Shown here one piece after another: positions 31,046-41,543 of a stretch of DNA of 64,000 nucleotides. How positions within the stretch are numbered: the first letter of the stretch is position 1; every line of letters begins with the position of its first letter. The notes under the pieces are model-generated. The model was not told the DNA's origin. It made no database searches and saw only the letters and a list, made by a program, of their open reading frames with translations. The position numbers and the translations under genes were made by a program. Origin of the DNA: an uncultured Candidatus Saccharibacteria bacterium (GTDB lineage: Bacteria; Patescibacteriota; Dojkabacteria; J137). The stretch is from the NCBI GenBank assembly GCA_965230975.1, contig OZ246402.1:229771-293770 (forward strand), read 5' to 3'.

Positions 31046-31762
31046 ATGAAAGTAACAAAAGATCAAAAAAATTATATAGGTAGGGATTTGGAAGCAATGT
31101 CAGCTGCTAAAAACTACTATAACTGGATTATTTCTGAATTTGGGAAATATATTAAAGGAGATGTTGCAGAAGTTGGTGCTGGATCTGGAACTTTTACAGA
31201 TTATATTCTTAAAAAAAATCCAAGTTCTATTTTGACAGTTGAGCCTTCAGAAGAGATGTATCCATTACTAAAAAAGCATGTAGAATCAAATACTAAAATA
31301 TCAACATATAATGGATTTTTTGAAGATACAATAAAAGGTAATGGAGAGAACTTGGACTCAGTATTATATATAAATGTTCTTGAACATGTTGAACATGATT
31401 TTGAGGAATTAAAACATGTGTATAAATCTTTAAGAAAAGGAGGGTATGTTTGTATATATGTACCAGCATTACCGTGGATATATGGTTCTTTTGATGAGCA
31501 GGTCGGACACTATAGAAGATATACTAAAAAAGACTTAAGAAAAAAATTAGAGGATGCGGGTTTTCATGTTGAAATGATCAGATATTCTGACATTATTGGC
31601 ATACTACCTTGGTTATTTAGTTTTAGAATCTTAAAACGGAAGGATTTAGGTACAAAACAAGTAGGTATTTATGATAAATACATAATTCCATTAATTAAAA
31701 CTCAAGAGAAGCTTGTTAAATCCCCTATAGGAAAGAATTTATGGGCTGTGGGTAGGAAGTAG
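31046..31762 (+). CDS. Class I SAM-dependent methyltransferase
   Basis: EVGAGSG, NVLEH, GHYRRY. Confidence 0.88.
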   Translation: MKVTKDQKNYIGRDLEAMSAAKNYYNWIISEFGKYIKGDVAEVGAGSGTFTDYILKKNPSSILTVEPSEEMYPLLKKHVESNTKISTYNGFFEDTIKGNGENLDSVLYINVLEHVEHDFEELKHVYKSLRKGGYVCIYVPALPWIYGSFDEQVGHYRRYTKKDLRKKLEDAGFHVEMIRYSDIIGILPWLFSFRILKRKDLGTKQVGIYDKYIIPLIKTQEKLVKSPIGKNLWAVGRK

Positions 31763-31775
31763 CTTCAATACAAGC

Positions 31776-32627
31776 CTATGAATTTGGTACTCTCATTTTA
31801 GATGCTTTGTTATTAAGCTTTTGCCCGGTTAAATCTCCAGTCAATGATTGTAAAGTTGCAGCCATTAAATGGTATTCTGGACCATGTGCTCGCATTTTAA
31901 TTTTCCCCTCTTCAGTTTTTTGAATAGGGAATAGCAAGAATTTTATATAATCCTCAATCAAATATTTAATATGTCCATTGATTCTTGAATATTCTGGTAA
32001 GCGTCCTAGATCTTTTTCTAATAACTCAAATATTTCCTTTAGTAAATTATCAGATGCCAGTCCCAATCTACAGTTGGTTACCCCATTTGCCTCGAATATG
32101 GGTAATGCCCTAGGGATTAGGTGATACCCAACAGAAAGTAGCCCATAACTTTTTTTATCTGCCTCATCTAAAGGTTCTGGTATTACCTTCTTTACCTCCT
32201 GAGCATTTGTATAGGTATCATATGAAGTTTCTTCTAAGATTGTTGCATCTTCAAACTTATTTATTAACGCAAAAAGCTCAGCAGATGTAATATCAGGCCC
32301 CACAGAAGTGCTATATAATAAACTTCTTACATATTCTTGCATAGCCCTTGCTTCAGTTTTACCACCGCCTCCTACTGTTGATCCACCAGAAAAAATAATC
32401 TTTTCTGTTATACCTAGCCTCCAAAGCAAATATGAAGTAATTGCATTTATTTTTGAAGGAATGCTTAAAATACCGGGCATGGATGTAGATTTATCCCAAT
32501 TATGACCTAAAGCCACTATGAAATTTACAGGCCCATTGTCTGCAACATACTCAAGCAAACTTTCTATTTTTAGGACTTGGGGATGTTTAATGTATTCATT
32601 ATTCGAAGTATCTTTAAATTTATCCAT
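31776..32627 (-). CDS. YdcF/DUF218-family protein
   Basis: IIFSGG, TEARAM, LEETSYDTYTNA, YHL.RA. Confidence 0.75.
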   Translation of the reverse strand: MDKFKDTSNNEYIKHPQVLKIESLLEYVADNGPVNFIVALGHNWDKSTSMPGILSIPSKINAITSYLLWRLGITEKIIFSGGSTVGGGGKTEARAMQEYVRSLLYSTSVGPDITSAELFALINKFEDATILEETSYDTYTNAQEVKKVIPEPLDEADKKSYGLLSVGYHLIPRALPIFEANGVTNCRLGLASDNLLKEIFELLEKDLGRLPEYSRINGHIKYLIEDYIKFLLFPIQKTEEGKIKMRAHGPEYHLMAATLQSLTGDLTGQKLNNKASKMRVPNS

Positions 32628-32728
32628 TTCGAGGTATTGCCCTTAATAAAGTATATTTTTAATCTCAATTTATATTAAATTGGTTGAGAATATTTTATAA
32701 GTTTTTGCAACCCTACTTCACTAATCAA

Positions 32729-33460
32729 TTACATATTAAACTTCACAATCTCTTTTATTGCTTTATATCCATCTTCAAATGCGCTCATTTTTTTACCTTC
32801 TGCAATAGATCTTGGAAAGTAGCTTATAGAAACTATCCCGAACTTTAAATGTTTTCCATTCAATTTATATTTTGATAATTTAGCAGTTAGCTCAGGTTCC
32901 AACCCAAATCTACTTGTAGAGGTAATGTTGCCTCCTACAGCCCTTGCAACCTCCCCATTCATTAGTTTGTAGCAAACCTCCATGTCTGGAATCCAAACTT
33001 TGATCCTAGGGTAGGTAAACACATTAGAAGCAAAAGATAAGAACTTATTGCCAATATAATTTTGCCAATAAATAACTTTATTTTTCTTTCCAAATCTATT
33101 TCCGTAAACTACATCTAGACTTTTTTCTTGCATTAAATTTAATAAGTCACAAATTTCGTTAGGCTCATATTCAAAATCTGCATCTTGAATTACAACAACA
33201 TCACCCGTAGTTTTCAAAATACCATTTCTAACAGTTTGAGATTTACCTGAATTCTTTTCGTTAGAATAGGCATGTACTTGAGGGTTATTTTTCTCTAAAT
33301 CTTGCATGATAGCCCAGGTATTATCCTTGCTTCCATCATTAACGATTATAACTTCCATTTCACTTACATGGGGATATTGGACTGATATAACCTTTTCAAC
33401 TAATTGCGCTAATGTTTTTTCTTCATTCCAAGCTGGAATAACGATAGAGAGCTTATTCAT
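32729..33460 (-). CDS. GT2 polyprenol-phosphate glycosyltransferase (DPM1/GtrB-like)
   Basis: IPAWNE, NDGS, QDAD.EY, DME.CYK. Confidence 0.88.
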   Translation of the reverse strand: MNKLSIVIPAWNEEKTLAQLVEKVISVQYPHVSEMEVIIVNDGSKDNTWAIMQDLEKNNPQVHAYSNEKNSGKSQTVRNGILKTTGDVVVIQDADFEYEPNEICDLLNLMQEKSLDVVYGNRFGKKNKVIYWQNYIGNKFLSFASNVFTYPRIKVWIPDMEVCYKLMNGEVARAVGGNITSTSRFGLEPELTAKLSKYKLNGKHLKFGIVSISYFPRSIAEGKKMSAFEDGYKAIKEIVKFNM

Positions 33461-33468
33461 AAAATTAA

Positions 33469-33897
33469 TTAAATCTTTTTAAATACAAAAAACTTATAAA
33501 GTATAAAACTGGAACACATTTGCATTCCCGTCGTAATTAGTTTAGTGATTGGAATTGGAATATGCAAGTCAAGAAAGATAGCAAATACTATAACTCCAAA
33601 TAAAACTAAATTGAAAATGCTAACAAAAACAAATTTAGGAAATTGTTTTTTTGTAGCCTCTTGATTGCCTTTAAACGAGATATATTTTTGAAAATAGAAA
33701 GAGTAGATTAGTGCTAATGTTGTAGATATCACATTTGGAATAAATACAAACCCTAACAATTCAAGTTTGAAATTTAGAATATAGGTTTGAAAAGTAAGAA
33801 GTCCAAAATCTACTAAAAAAGCTGTAATACCTCCTACTAAAAAGTTTCTAAACTCTTTAGTTAAAAATAATTTCTTTAATTTATTAATTAGCTGCAT
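33469..33897 (-). CDS. GtrA-family flippase
   Basis: 4-TM, FLVGG..AFLVD, FVF terminus. Confidence 0.8.
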   Translation of the reverse strand: MQLINKLKKLFLTKEFRNFLVGGITAFLVDFGLLTFQTYILNFKLELLGFVFIPNVISTTLALIYSFYFQKYISFKGNQEATKKQFPKFVFVSIFNLVLFGVIVFAIFLDLHIPIPITKLITTGMQMCSSFILYKFFVFKKI

Positions 33898-34009
33898 ATT
33901 ATTGGAATTTGATGTAAATCGATAACCATAATATCAGTATTTATAAGTTCAGTACATAGGTTTTGCAAAAAGAATGTGGTATATTTTTGTAATAATTAAA
34001 TAATCTTTA

Positions 34010-35359
34010 ATGCGCAAATATTTTATACAACCTAAATACTTTCTAATAATTGTTATATTTATTTCTATATCTGTAGCTTTAGGAATAAGAATAGTTAGCC
34101 CAAAGTGGAAATCAATCTCTTCTGATGGCTTTGGTTACTACGTATATTTACCTCAAATCTTAAAATACCAAGATATCAAAGGAGTAGCGGTGCTAAATAA
34201 TTTAGCAGAAAACGAGCAACAAAATGCACAAGGTAGATTATTACCTTTAGAAAATGGTAATTATATAAATAAATATCCGATTGGTGAGGCTTTGTTAATG
34301 CTCCCATTTTTCTTAGGAGCAGATTTGATTAATTCAATATTTATTCATGGAAACAACTATTTTGAAGGCATTTTTTCTTTAGTACCAAGTATTGCCTCAA
34401 TTTTTTATTTTTCTTTAGGCATTATTTTTTTACAAAAAATCTTAGGTAAGTTCTTATCAAATAAAGTCACTTTAATTACTCTAACTTTAGTAATTTTTGG
34501 TACAAACTTATTACACTATTCTACCTTTGACCCATCTTTTAGCCACGTATACAGCTTTGCACTATTTTCTATATTTACCTATTTTGTAATCGAGTTTGAA
34601 AATTATAAAAACAAACTATCTTATTGGGCTACTTTAGGAGGTTTAATTGGCCTGATAATTTCGGTTAGACAAACTAATGTAATAATCTCAATTTTGCTTT
34701 TATATCCATTAATTAAAGAAATCCAGAATTTAGGATTAAAACAATTCTTAAAAAGCTATGCAAAAAGTTTTGTAACTTTTGCCGGTTTTGCAATATTACT
34801 ATTTTTACCACAAATTATTTATTGGTATATAGTTACCGGAAGCCCGCTGGTATCATCTTATTCGTATAATGCATACGAAACTTTCAATATTTTACATCCA
34901 GAAGTAGGAAATGTTTTATTTAGTGCAAGAAAAGGTTTGTTCTTTTGGACTCCAATATTGTTACTATCAATCCCAGGGTTTATTTTAATGTTTAAAAAAA
35001 GAGTAGAACATCGATACCCATTTTTAAGTGTATTGCTTATTCAACTTTTTATTGTTTCGGCTTGGTGGGCGTGGAGTTACGGTTTCTCTTTTGGCCATAG
35101 AGCTTTTACTGAATTTGCAGTATTTTTTGCATTGCCCCTAGGATTCTTTGTAGACTGGTTGATAGCAAGAAAGCAAAGACACTACATTTTAATAGGTTTT
35201 GTAATTATTGGTTTGTTGATGTTTTTAAACTTATTTCAAATGCAACAATATTGGCGCGGACTTTTACACCCAGATGGCATGACAATAGAAAGCTATATAA
35301 AAATATTTATGCAACCGTGCATAGGCAAAATAGAGTTCTTAAGATGCGATTGGTTATAA
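34010..35359 (+). CDS. GT-C-like membrane glycosyltransferase
   Basis: SDG.GYY, KYPIG.A, polytopic. Confidence 0.65.
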   Translation: MRKYFIQPKYFLIIVIFISISVALGIRIVSPKWKSISSDGFGYYVYLPQILKYQDIKGVAVLNNLAENEQQNAQGRLLPLENGNYINKYPIGEALLMLPFFLGADLINSIFIHGNNYFEGIFSLVPSIASIFYFSLGIIFLQKILGKFLSNKVTLITLTLVIFGTNLLHYSTFDPSFSHVYSFALFSIFTYFVIEFENYKNKLSYWATLGGLIGLIISVRQTNVIISILLLYPLIKEIQNLGLKQFLKSYAKSFVTFAGFAILLFLPQIIYWYIVTGSPLVSSYSYNAYETFNILHPEVGNVLFSARKGLFFWTPILLLSIPGFILMFKKRVEHRYPFLSVLLIQLFIVSAWWAWSYGFSFGHRAFTEFAVFFALPLGFFVDWLIARKQRHYILIGFVIIGLLMFLNLFQMQQYWRGLLHPDGMTIESYIKIFMQPCIGKIEFLRCDWL

Positions 35360-36427
35360 GTACTTATCAAACCCCTCTTCCTCCATCTTCTTCAAGAATT
35401 CTTTGATCCTAGTATTGTCATCCTTATGGAAAACTGCCAATACATCTGGGGTGTTAACTACAATCATTCCTTCAAGTCCTATTGTTGCAACAAGCTTATC
35501 AGATTGAGTATTGTAAATAAGTGTGTCAGATGATCCCATATCAAAACTGTGTCCGTTAACCACATTCCCATTAGAAGCGTCTTCCAACGCTTCTTTAAAG
35601 GCTATCCATTCACCAACATCACTCCAGCCCATATCAGTTAATAACACCTCTGCATCTTGAGGCTCTAAGTATTCGGCAAAAGCATAATCTGCAGATATTT
35701 TTTCAAGAGTTCTAAACTGTTCCATTACTTCTTTATCAAAATTGCTATCTCTAATCTCTTTTATTACCTTATACATCTCTGGCCTTGAAATTTGCAACTT
35801 CGAATTGTATTGTGCAGCTGTTAAGTTCCAATAACCAGGGTTCCACCCATAGTGCCCATCATTAATATAGCTTTCTGCAACTTCTTTTGTTGGTTTTTCT
35901 ACAAACTTAACAAATTTATGAAGATCCAAACCCTCAGAAACTGAGTTTACCAACTCACCAAATTGAATATACCCTCTATGTGGAGAGGGAAATCTGGCAG
36001 GAACTGCAATTAATGTTATTTTCCCGTTCTCTTTATGAATCTTTTCAGCCTCTCTTAATGAATTAATAAAAATATCAGGTTTCTTAATTAAGTGGTCTGA
36101 CCACTGAACAGATATTAGTTCGCCTGGGTAAAGTGTATCAACGTAGTTAACTGCCAAACTTACAGCTGGGCCAGTATCCCTCATTTCTGGCTCTAGAATT
36201 ATATTTCTTTCAGGAAGTTCTGGAACAATGCTTTTAACTTCTTTTTCGTATTGCACTCCTGTGCTAATAAAAATATCTTCATCTTTAAAACCTTGTTTTA
36301 ATACTTCGTACCTAAGTCTAAGTAGAGGTTTATCATTAACAATAGGTAAAAACTGTTTAGGAGAAGATTTTCGACTAACTGGCCAAAATCGTTTACCAGT
36401 GCCACCAGCAAAAATAATTATTTTCAT
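35354..36427 (-). CDS. manC: Mannose-1-phosphate guanylyltransferase
   Basis: AGGTGKRFWP.SR...PKQF, FVEKP, WSDVG. Confidence 0.9.
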   Translation of the reverse strand: MKIIIFAGGTGKRFWPVSRKSSPKQFLPIVNDKPLLRLRYEVLKQGFKDEDIFISTGVQYEKEVKSIVPELPERNIILEPEMRDTGPAVSLAVNYVDTLYPGELISVQWSDHLIKKPDIFINSLREAEKIHKENGKITLIAVPARFPSPHRGYIQFGELVNSVSEGLDLHKFVKFVEKPTKEVAESYINDGHYGWNPGYWNLTAAQYNSKLQISRPEMYKVIKEIRDSNFDKEVMEQFRTLEKISADYAFAEYLEPQDAEVLLTDMGWSDVGEWIAFKEALEDASNGNVVNGHSFDMGSSDTLIYNTQSDKLVATIGLEGMIVVNTPDVLAVFHKDDNTRIKEFLKKMEEEGFDKYL

Positions 36428-36509
36428 AGCAAGAACTAATATATAAGAATTTTACTTTAAAAAACCAATTTGTAGGTCTATTATATCCATACATTTTAAA
36501 TTTACAAAT

Positions 36510-37946
36510 ATGACTTTAAATAATTTAATTGCTCAAACAGGAGTTAGTTTTGGCACAAGCGGTGTAAGAGCTCTTGCTGCAGATATTACAGACCAAGTTG
36601 CATTTTTATACACAACATCTTTTATACAATTTGTAGAAAAAAGATATTCAAATCTAGAAAAAACTATTGTACTTGCAGGTGATAGAAGACCAAGTACTCC
36701 AAGAATTTTGAACGCAATTGCATCTGCTTGTATACAAAAAGGATACAAAGTTATTTATGGAGGTAACATTCCAACTCCAGCTTTAAGCTATTATGGATTC
36801 TTGCACAAATACCCGAGCATAATGGTTACAGGCAGCCATATTCCTTTTGATAGAAACGGAATTAAATTTAATAAACCAAATGGAGAACTTTTGAAAGATG
36901 ATGAGAAGGACTTGAAAAATGAGATTATTCAAGATGAAAATCCAGTAATAACAAATGTGGAACTAAAAGAAGATCCTACTGTTAAAAACGCTTATGTAAA
37001 TCGATATTTAGATTTCTTTCCTCAAAAATATTTGTCTGGAAAAAGAATTGGTTTGTACGGTCATTCGTCTGTAACACGCGAAGTATTTTATGAAATACTT
37101 ACAAGCTTTGGTGCAGAGGTTACTAAATTAGGTTTTACAGAAGAATTTATTCCAATTGATACAGATGCAATAAGGGAAGAGGATAGAGTTTTATATAAAA
37201 ATTGGGAAAAAGAATACGACTTTGATGCGATAGTTTCTGCAGACGGAGATGGAGATAGACCAATGGTTGGAGACGATTTAGGCGAAATTATTGTTGGAGA
37301 TGTTTTGGACACCTTAGTCTCAAGTTATTTAGGTGCAAATACTGTTGTTTGCCCAGTAATGTGTAATACAGCAATAGAGAAGAGTGGCTTGTTCAGTAAA
37401 GTTCTTAGAACAAAAATAGGTTCCCCTTATGTAATTAAAGGTATGTTAGATAATCCAGAAGGAATAGTTGTCGGTTTTGAAGCTAATGGAGGATTTGTTT
37501 TAGGTTCTAGAGTAGAAAAAGAGGGTAGGATTTTAGAGCCTTTAATGACAAGGGATGCTTTATTGCCAATTCTTGCTGTTTTGGCATTATCAATAGGTAA
37601 AGGCAAGCTGATAAGTGAACTCTTTGACAATTTGCCAAAAAGATTTACATACAATGATAGGCTTAAAGAATTTCCTACAGAAAAAAGTAAGGAATTACTA
37701 TCTAGTTTAACCAATATTGTAAAATCAAAAATGACATTAGAAGGTTCTGTTTTAGAGGGGATAGGAGGTATGGTGGTAGAGGTTAATGAAACGGATGGAC
37801 TAAGGCTAACTATGGAAAATGGTGATATTTTTCAACTAAGACCATCGGGAAATGCTCCTGAATTAAGATGCTATGTAGAATCAGATACTGTTGATAGGGC
37901 AAAAGAGCTAAATAAATTATTGCTTTCAAAAATCAGTTCGTTATAG
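36510..37946 (+). CDS. manB: Phosphomannomutase
   Basis: FGTSG.R, TGSH, DGDGDR, RPSGNAPELR. Confidence 0.92.
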   Translation: MTLNNLIAQTGVSFGTSGVRALAADITDQVAFLYTTSFIQFVEKRYSNLEKTIVLAGDRRPSTPRILNAIASACIQKGYKVIYGGNIPTPALSYYGFLHKYPSIMVTGSHIPFDRNGIKFNKPNGELLKDDEKDLKNEIIQDENPVITNVELKEDPTVKNAYVNRYLDFFPQKYLSGKRIGLYGHSSVTREVFYEILTSFGAEVTKLGFTEEFIPIDTDAIREEDRVLYKNWEKEYDFDAIVSADGDGDRPMVGDDLGEIIVGDVLDTLVSSYLGANTVVCPVMCNTAIEKSGLFSKVLRTKIGSPYVIKGMLDNPEGIVVGFEANGGFVLGSRVEKEGRILEPLMTRDALLPILAVLALSIGKGKLISELFDNLPKRFTYNDRLKEFPTEKSKELLSSLTNIVKSKMTLEGSVLEGIGGMVVEVNETDGLRLTMENGDIFQLRPSGNAPELRCYVESDTVDRAKELNKLLLSKISSL

Positions 37947-38423
37947 TTTTTTATGTCTCTTTCTTGCAGGGTATTTTTTAGAATTTTTATCTTCAACTAA
38001 GAAGCTTTTTTGATTTAAAATGTCGTTTTTGTATTGTGCAAAGATTTTAAGTTGGTTTTTATCGTAACTAATCAACTGTGGGTTTTTATATTTTAAAGAA
38101 GTTAGTATTACTGAATTATCTGTAAAAGAGATATCGTTACTAAGCGATATATCAAGAATGCTTGCAAACTCACTTTGGTCTATATAATGTACAAAATAAA
38201 ATTTATTAGTATTGAGAAATTCTTTGATAAAGAGAGTAAAAGATTGTTTGTAATCACTATACTTAATGTTTGCAAGTGTAATTAATTCACTAATAACAAG
38301 ATTATTTATAACTATAATTTCATTTTCCTCTAAAAGTTTTTCAAATAATTCAATTGATTTATTGTGAAAAACATCAGATTTTAGCAAAAAAGAAACTAAG
38401 AAAGATGTATCAACTGTCACCAT
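37941..38423 (-). CDS. PIN-domain (VapC-like) toxin
   Basis: VDTSF, SEL, SFTD, SYD. Confidence 0.85.
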   Translation of the reverse strand: MVTVDTSFLVSFLLKSDVFHNKSIELFEKLLEENEIIVINNLVISELITLANIKYSDYKQSFTLFIKEFLNTNKFYFVHYIDQSEFASILDISLSNDISFTDNSVILTSLKYKNPQLISYDKNQLKIFAQYKNDILNQKSFLVEDKNSKKYPARKRHKKL

Positions 38424-38661
38424 ATATATACTTCTTATAATTAGTACTCATATTTTTTGATTCTGGTTTGTTGTCTTCTATAACAAATTGTTCTAAATAT
38501 TTTTTTATATTACTTGGTTTTTTAGTGTTTCGTTCATTATATTCAGCAATTAATTCTCTTACAACTTTAGATATAGATTTGCCTTCTCTTTCTGTTAAGA
38601 TTTTAAACTTTTCGTATTCTTTAGCATCTATTTCTAATGGTGGTAACTTTGCTTTGTTCAT
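38410..38661 (-). CDS. Ribbon-helix-helix/CopG-type antitoxin
   Basis: GKSISKVVRELIAEY; TTGACG-N18-TATTAT-6nt-ATG supports start at 38661. Confidence 0.75.
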   Translation of the reverse strand: MNKAKLPPLEIDAKEYEKFKILTEREGKSISKVVRELIAEYNERNTKKPSNIKKYLEQFVIEDNKPESKNMSTNYKKYIYGDS

Positions 38662-38698
38662 TTTTATATAATACATTAAAGTTATATAAGACGTCAAC

Positions 38699-39352
38699 TT
38701 ATATAGAAACTACTTTTTGTATTCTTTCGATTGCTTTACTCATATTTCTTGTGCCTTGCCCAACAGGATAGTAAGTAGGGTAAACCTTGTAGGTCTTGCC
38801 CTTTACTAATAATTCCTCATATTCGGTAGTAAGGTAATTTGAAACTGACACTGGCTTGCTCAACAGAGTAGAGCTTACCTGATTCCCTAAAGAAAATATA
38901 ATTTCCGGATTTATTAACTTGATTTCATTCAGCAGAGAGGGTAAATATTCTTTAAAAATAGAATCTGGTAAATGCCTAGCATCTATTTGAGTGCATTTAG
39001 CAATATTTGTAATGTATAGCGAGTCTTGAGCAACAGCGTTATATAGAGTCTCTGAAAATTCTGCAGTCCATTCTTCAGGTCTTAATTTAGAAGTTAGTTC
39101 GATAAGTTCTTTATTGGTTAACAGACCAAGTTTAAATAGCAACTTCCACACATTTTTTGTTCCTAGCCAAGGTGCTTGAATACCCACCCAATTTAAATTT
39201 GAAGATACATTTTTTGCAGTAGGATTCATAAAGACAAGCAAAACCTTAGGATTTTTGGTCTGACCTGCTCCATAAATAGGTTTTAGGTGTGAATCTCCAT
39301 GTTTTAAATGAAGTCTGTCAAATTCAGGGAATAATTCAGTTAGTTGAATCAT
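38699..39352 (-). CDS. Uracil-DNA glycosylase superfamily protein (atypical motifs)
   Basis: LVFMNP, YITNIAKC, EI..I.P.II..LG, PTYYP. Confidence 0.7.
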   Translation of the reverse strand: MIQLTELFPEFDRLHLKHGDSHLKPIYGAGQTKNPKVLLVFMNPTAKNVSSNLNWVGIQAPWLGTKNVWKLLFKLGLLTNKELIELTSKLRPEEWTAEFSETLYNAVAQDSLYITNIAKCTQIDARHLPDSIFKEYLPSLLNEIKLINPEIIFSLGNQVSSTLLSKPVSVSNYLTTEYEELLVKGKTYKVYPTYYPVGQGTRNMSKAIERIQKVVSI

Positions 39353-39355
39353 AGC

Positions 39356-39766
39356 TTATTTCTTAAACACAAACTTATTATATATAAAATAATTCCAAAT
39401 AGTCATTACAATAATTGTTAAAATCTTGGCTACCAAAGATGATTGATTGCTTAAATCAAAAAATATATCAAAAACAAAAACTTCAAAAATCACAAGATTT
39501 ATAAGTTGAATTAAAACATACCTAGACAACTGATTGCCAGTATTTCCAGTGTTTGTTTTAAAAGCAGACTTCTTTTGGAAATAAAACCCAATAAAAATTG
39601 CAACTGCAGAAGAGATTACATTTGGTACAAAAACAACTTCAAGGATGCTTAAGTTAAAGTTAAGAACTTTAGTTTGGAATTCTAAAATTAGAATGCTTAA
39701 AAGAGTAGAAACTGCGCCAGCAAGTATAAACTCCCAAAACTTTTTTGAAGATAGAATTTTGATCAT
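39356..39766 (-). CDS. GtrA-family protein
   Basis: 4-TM, WNY...KFVF. Confidence 0.8.
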   Translation of the reverse strand: MIKILSSKKFWEFILAGAVSTLLSILILEFQTKVLNFNLSILEVVFVPNVISSAVAIFIGFYFQKKSAFKTNTGNTGNQLSRYVLIQLINLVIFEVFVFDIFFDLSNQSSLVAKILTIIVMTIWNYFIYNKFVFKK

Positions 39767-40734
39767 TACTTTAAAAACTGCTCACGGTATTCATTTGCTG
39801 GCGCAGCCTTGAAATATTCTTTTAAAGCAGGGTTTACACTCGCTAACCCATAATATTCAAGCATAAATTTTACTTCTGGGTGGTATTGGGCTAAATCAAT
39901 TAACCTTTCTTGCCCAATAATATTCATATCTGCCTTTATTCGAACCTCCCACTTTGCAATTAAATACATTCGATTTAAAAACTTAACATGCTCTTTTAAA
40001 TAATCCCCATCTGTTTTTAATCTTTTTAAAGAGGCGTTCACAAAATGAAAGACATAGGATTTATTAACAGTGCCCAATTTCCCAAACTGTCTTAAATAAT
40101 AAGATAGGTCAAAATCATCTCCATATCCGTGAACAATTTTAGGATCCAAAAAATAGCCCAGATCTTTAAAGTATTTGGACTTTATAACGTTGCAAAACCC
40201 ACCACAAAATAAGTAAAAAGCATCACCAGTATCTCTAAATTCCAAACCCTCTTTTGTATGAGGCGGATTAAAGTAGAGCATGTATTTATAAATTTTATCT
40301 CCAGTTAGTGGCCATCTTTTCTTAACCTGCCACCTAACTAATCGCCAAAGCAAACTCTCATCATAGTATTGATTGCTATCTGGGCTAACCTGAACAACCT
40401 CATCTTTTTCATCTAAGACTTTGTTTAATTCTTGTAGCCATCCACTAGTCACTATGCTGTCTGGATTTAAAAAACAAACTCTCTCAAATGCTATAGCTTC
40501 TTGATAAGCCGAATTTACACCTCCTACATAGCCTAAATTTTCCTGATTAATCTTAATCGTAATTTGAGATGGATATTTCTTTTTAAATTTATCACCAACG
40601 GCTATAGATTTTTCATCTCCAGGATTATGAACTAAGAAAATATGAAAATTCTGTGTATGTTTGAATACACTTTTCAGACATTGATCTAAATGCCACGGAA
40701 CTTTATAGTTAACTATAATTATTGCTGTTTCCAT
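39766..40734 (-). CDS. Glycosyltransferase family 2
   Basis: IIIVNY, N.GY.GG.N, LNPD, GDDFDL. Confidence 0.85.
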   Translation of the reverse strand: METAIIIVNYKVPWHLDQCLKSVFKHTQNFHIFLVHNPGDEKSIAVGDKFKKKYPSQITIKINQENLGYVGGVNSAYQEAIAFERVCFLNPDSIVTSGWLQELNKVLDEKDEVVQVSPDSNQYYDESLLWRLVRWQVKKRWPLTGDKIYKYMLYFNPPHTKEGLEFRDTGDAFYLFCGGFCNVIKSKYFKDLGYFLDPKIVHGYGDDFDLSYYLRQFGKLGTVNKSYVFHFVNASLKRLKTDGDYLKEHVKFLNRMYLIAKWEVRIKADMNIIGQERLIDLAQYHPEVKFMLEYYGLASVNPALKEYFKAAPANEYREQFLK

Positions 40735-41543
40735 TAAATTCTATTGAATAAATAATCTTTAATCATTGCAAGTTTGCTTTTAAAAGTATAGTGGCGTAAT
40801 GCAATCCACAGCCAAGCACTTGCCTTGATTTTATTAATTTTCTCAATTTTATGTTGATCGGCAGATCTCATCCATTTGTGGTATAGAGTTGCTTTTGGAT
40901 TATAAATTACTTTGTACCCAGCTTTATTTGATCTGATAAATAATTCGAGTTCATCCATATAAAGCTTAATTTTTTCCCAATAAAATCCAATTTCTGCTAA
41001 GTATGAGGCTTTATACATAATGCAAGCACCTGTAACTCCAAAAACATATTCTTCTTTATCAAATTGTCCAACATCAGCTTCTTCAAATCCCCTATCGTAG
41101 GCTTGCTTAAAACCATCAAAAATTAATCCTGCAGAATTGATTTTTCCATCAAATTGGTTTTGATAAAATTTAACTTTAGGGCCAGATGCAATTGTATTTG
41201 AATCTTTATCTAAGCTTTCCTTTAGTTGTATTACTAAATTTTTAGATAGTTTTGTATCGGGGTTTAAAACCATTATGTATTCAACTTTGTATTTATCTAT
41301 CAAATATTTAATTCCAATATTATTAGAAAGAGATAAATAATAATTTTTATCTCTTTCAATAATTTCAACATTTGCAAATTCTTCTTTTACAATTCTTACA
41401 GTTTCATCTGTCGAGGCATTATCTACTATTAATACTTTTAAATTTGGGTAATCTTGATCCTGCAAGGATTGCAGACATTCTCTAATATCTTTAGCATTGT
41501 TCCATGTTACAATCACTACCCCAACTAACGAATTGTTGTTCAT
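40734..41543 (-). CDS. Glycosyltransferase family 2
   Basis: VDNAS.D, LNPD, GAC. Confidence 0.88.
   Translation of the reverse strand: MNNNSLVGVVIVTWNNAKDIRECLQSLQDQDYPNLKVLIVDNASTDETVRIVKEEFANVEIIERDKNYYLSLSNNIGIKYLIDKYKVEYIMVLNPDTKLSKNLVIQLKESLDKDSNTIASGPKVKFYQNQFDGKINSAGLIFDGFKQAYDRGFEEADVGQFDKEEYVFGVTGACIMYKASYLAEIGFYWEKIKLYMDELELFIRSNKAGYKVIYNPKATLYHKWMRSADQHKIEKINKIKASAWLWIALRHYTFKSKLAMIKDYLFNRI

Noticed and set aside
30860-31066. 68-aa minus-strand ORF
   Set aside because: AT-rich intergenic sequence overlapping the next gene's start; no support.
33964-33985. TGCAAA-N10-TATATT as a sixth copy of the element
   Set aside because: No tandem hexamer or TTTCAA prefix; TTGCAA fits better as the -35 (N17-TATAAA) of the divergent gtrA gene.
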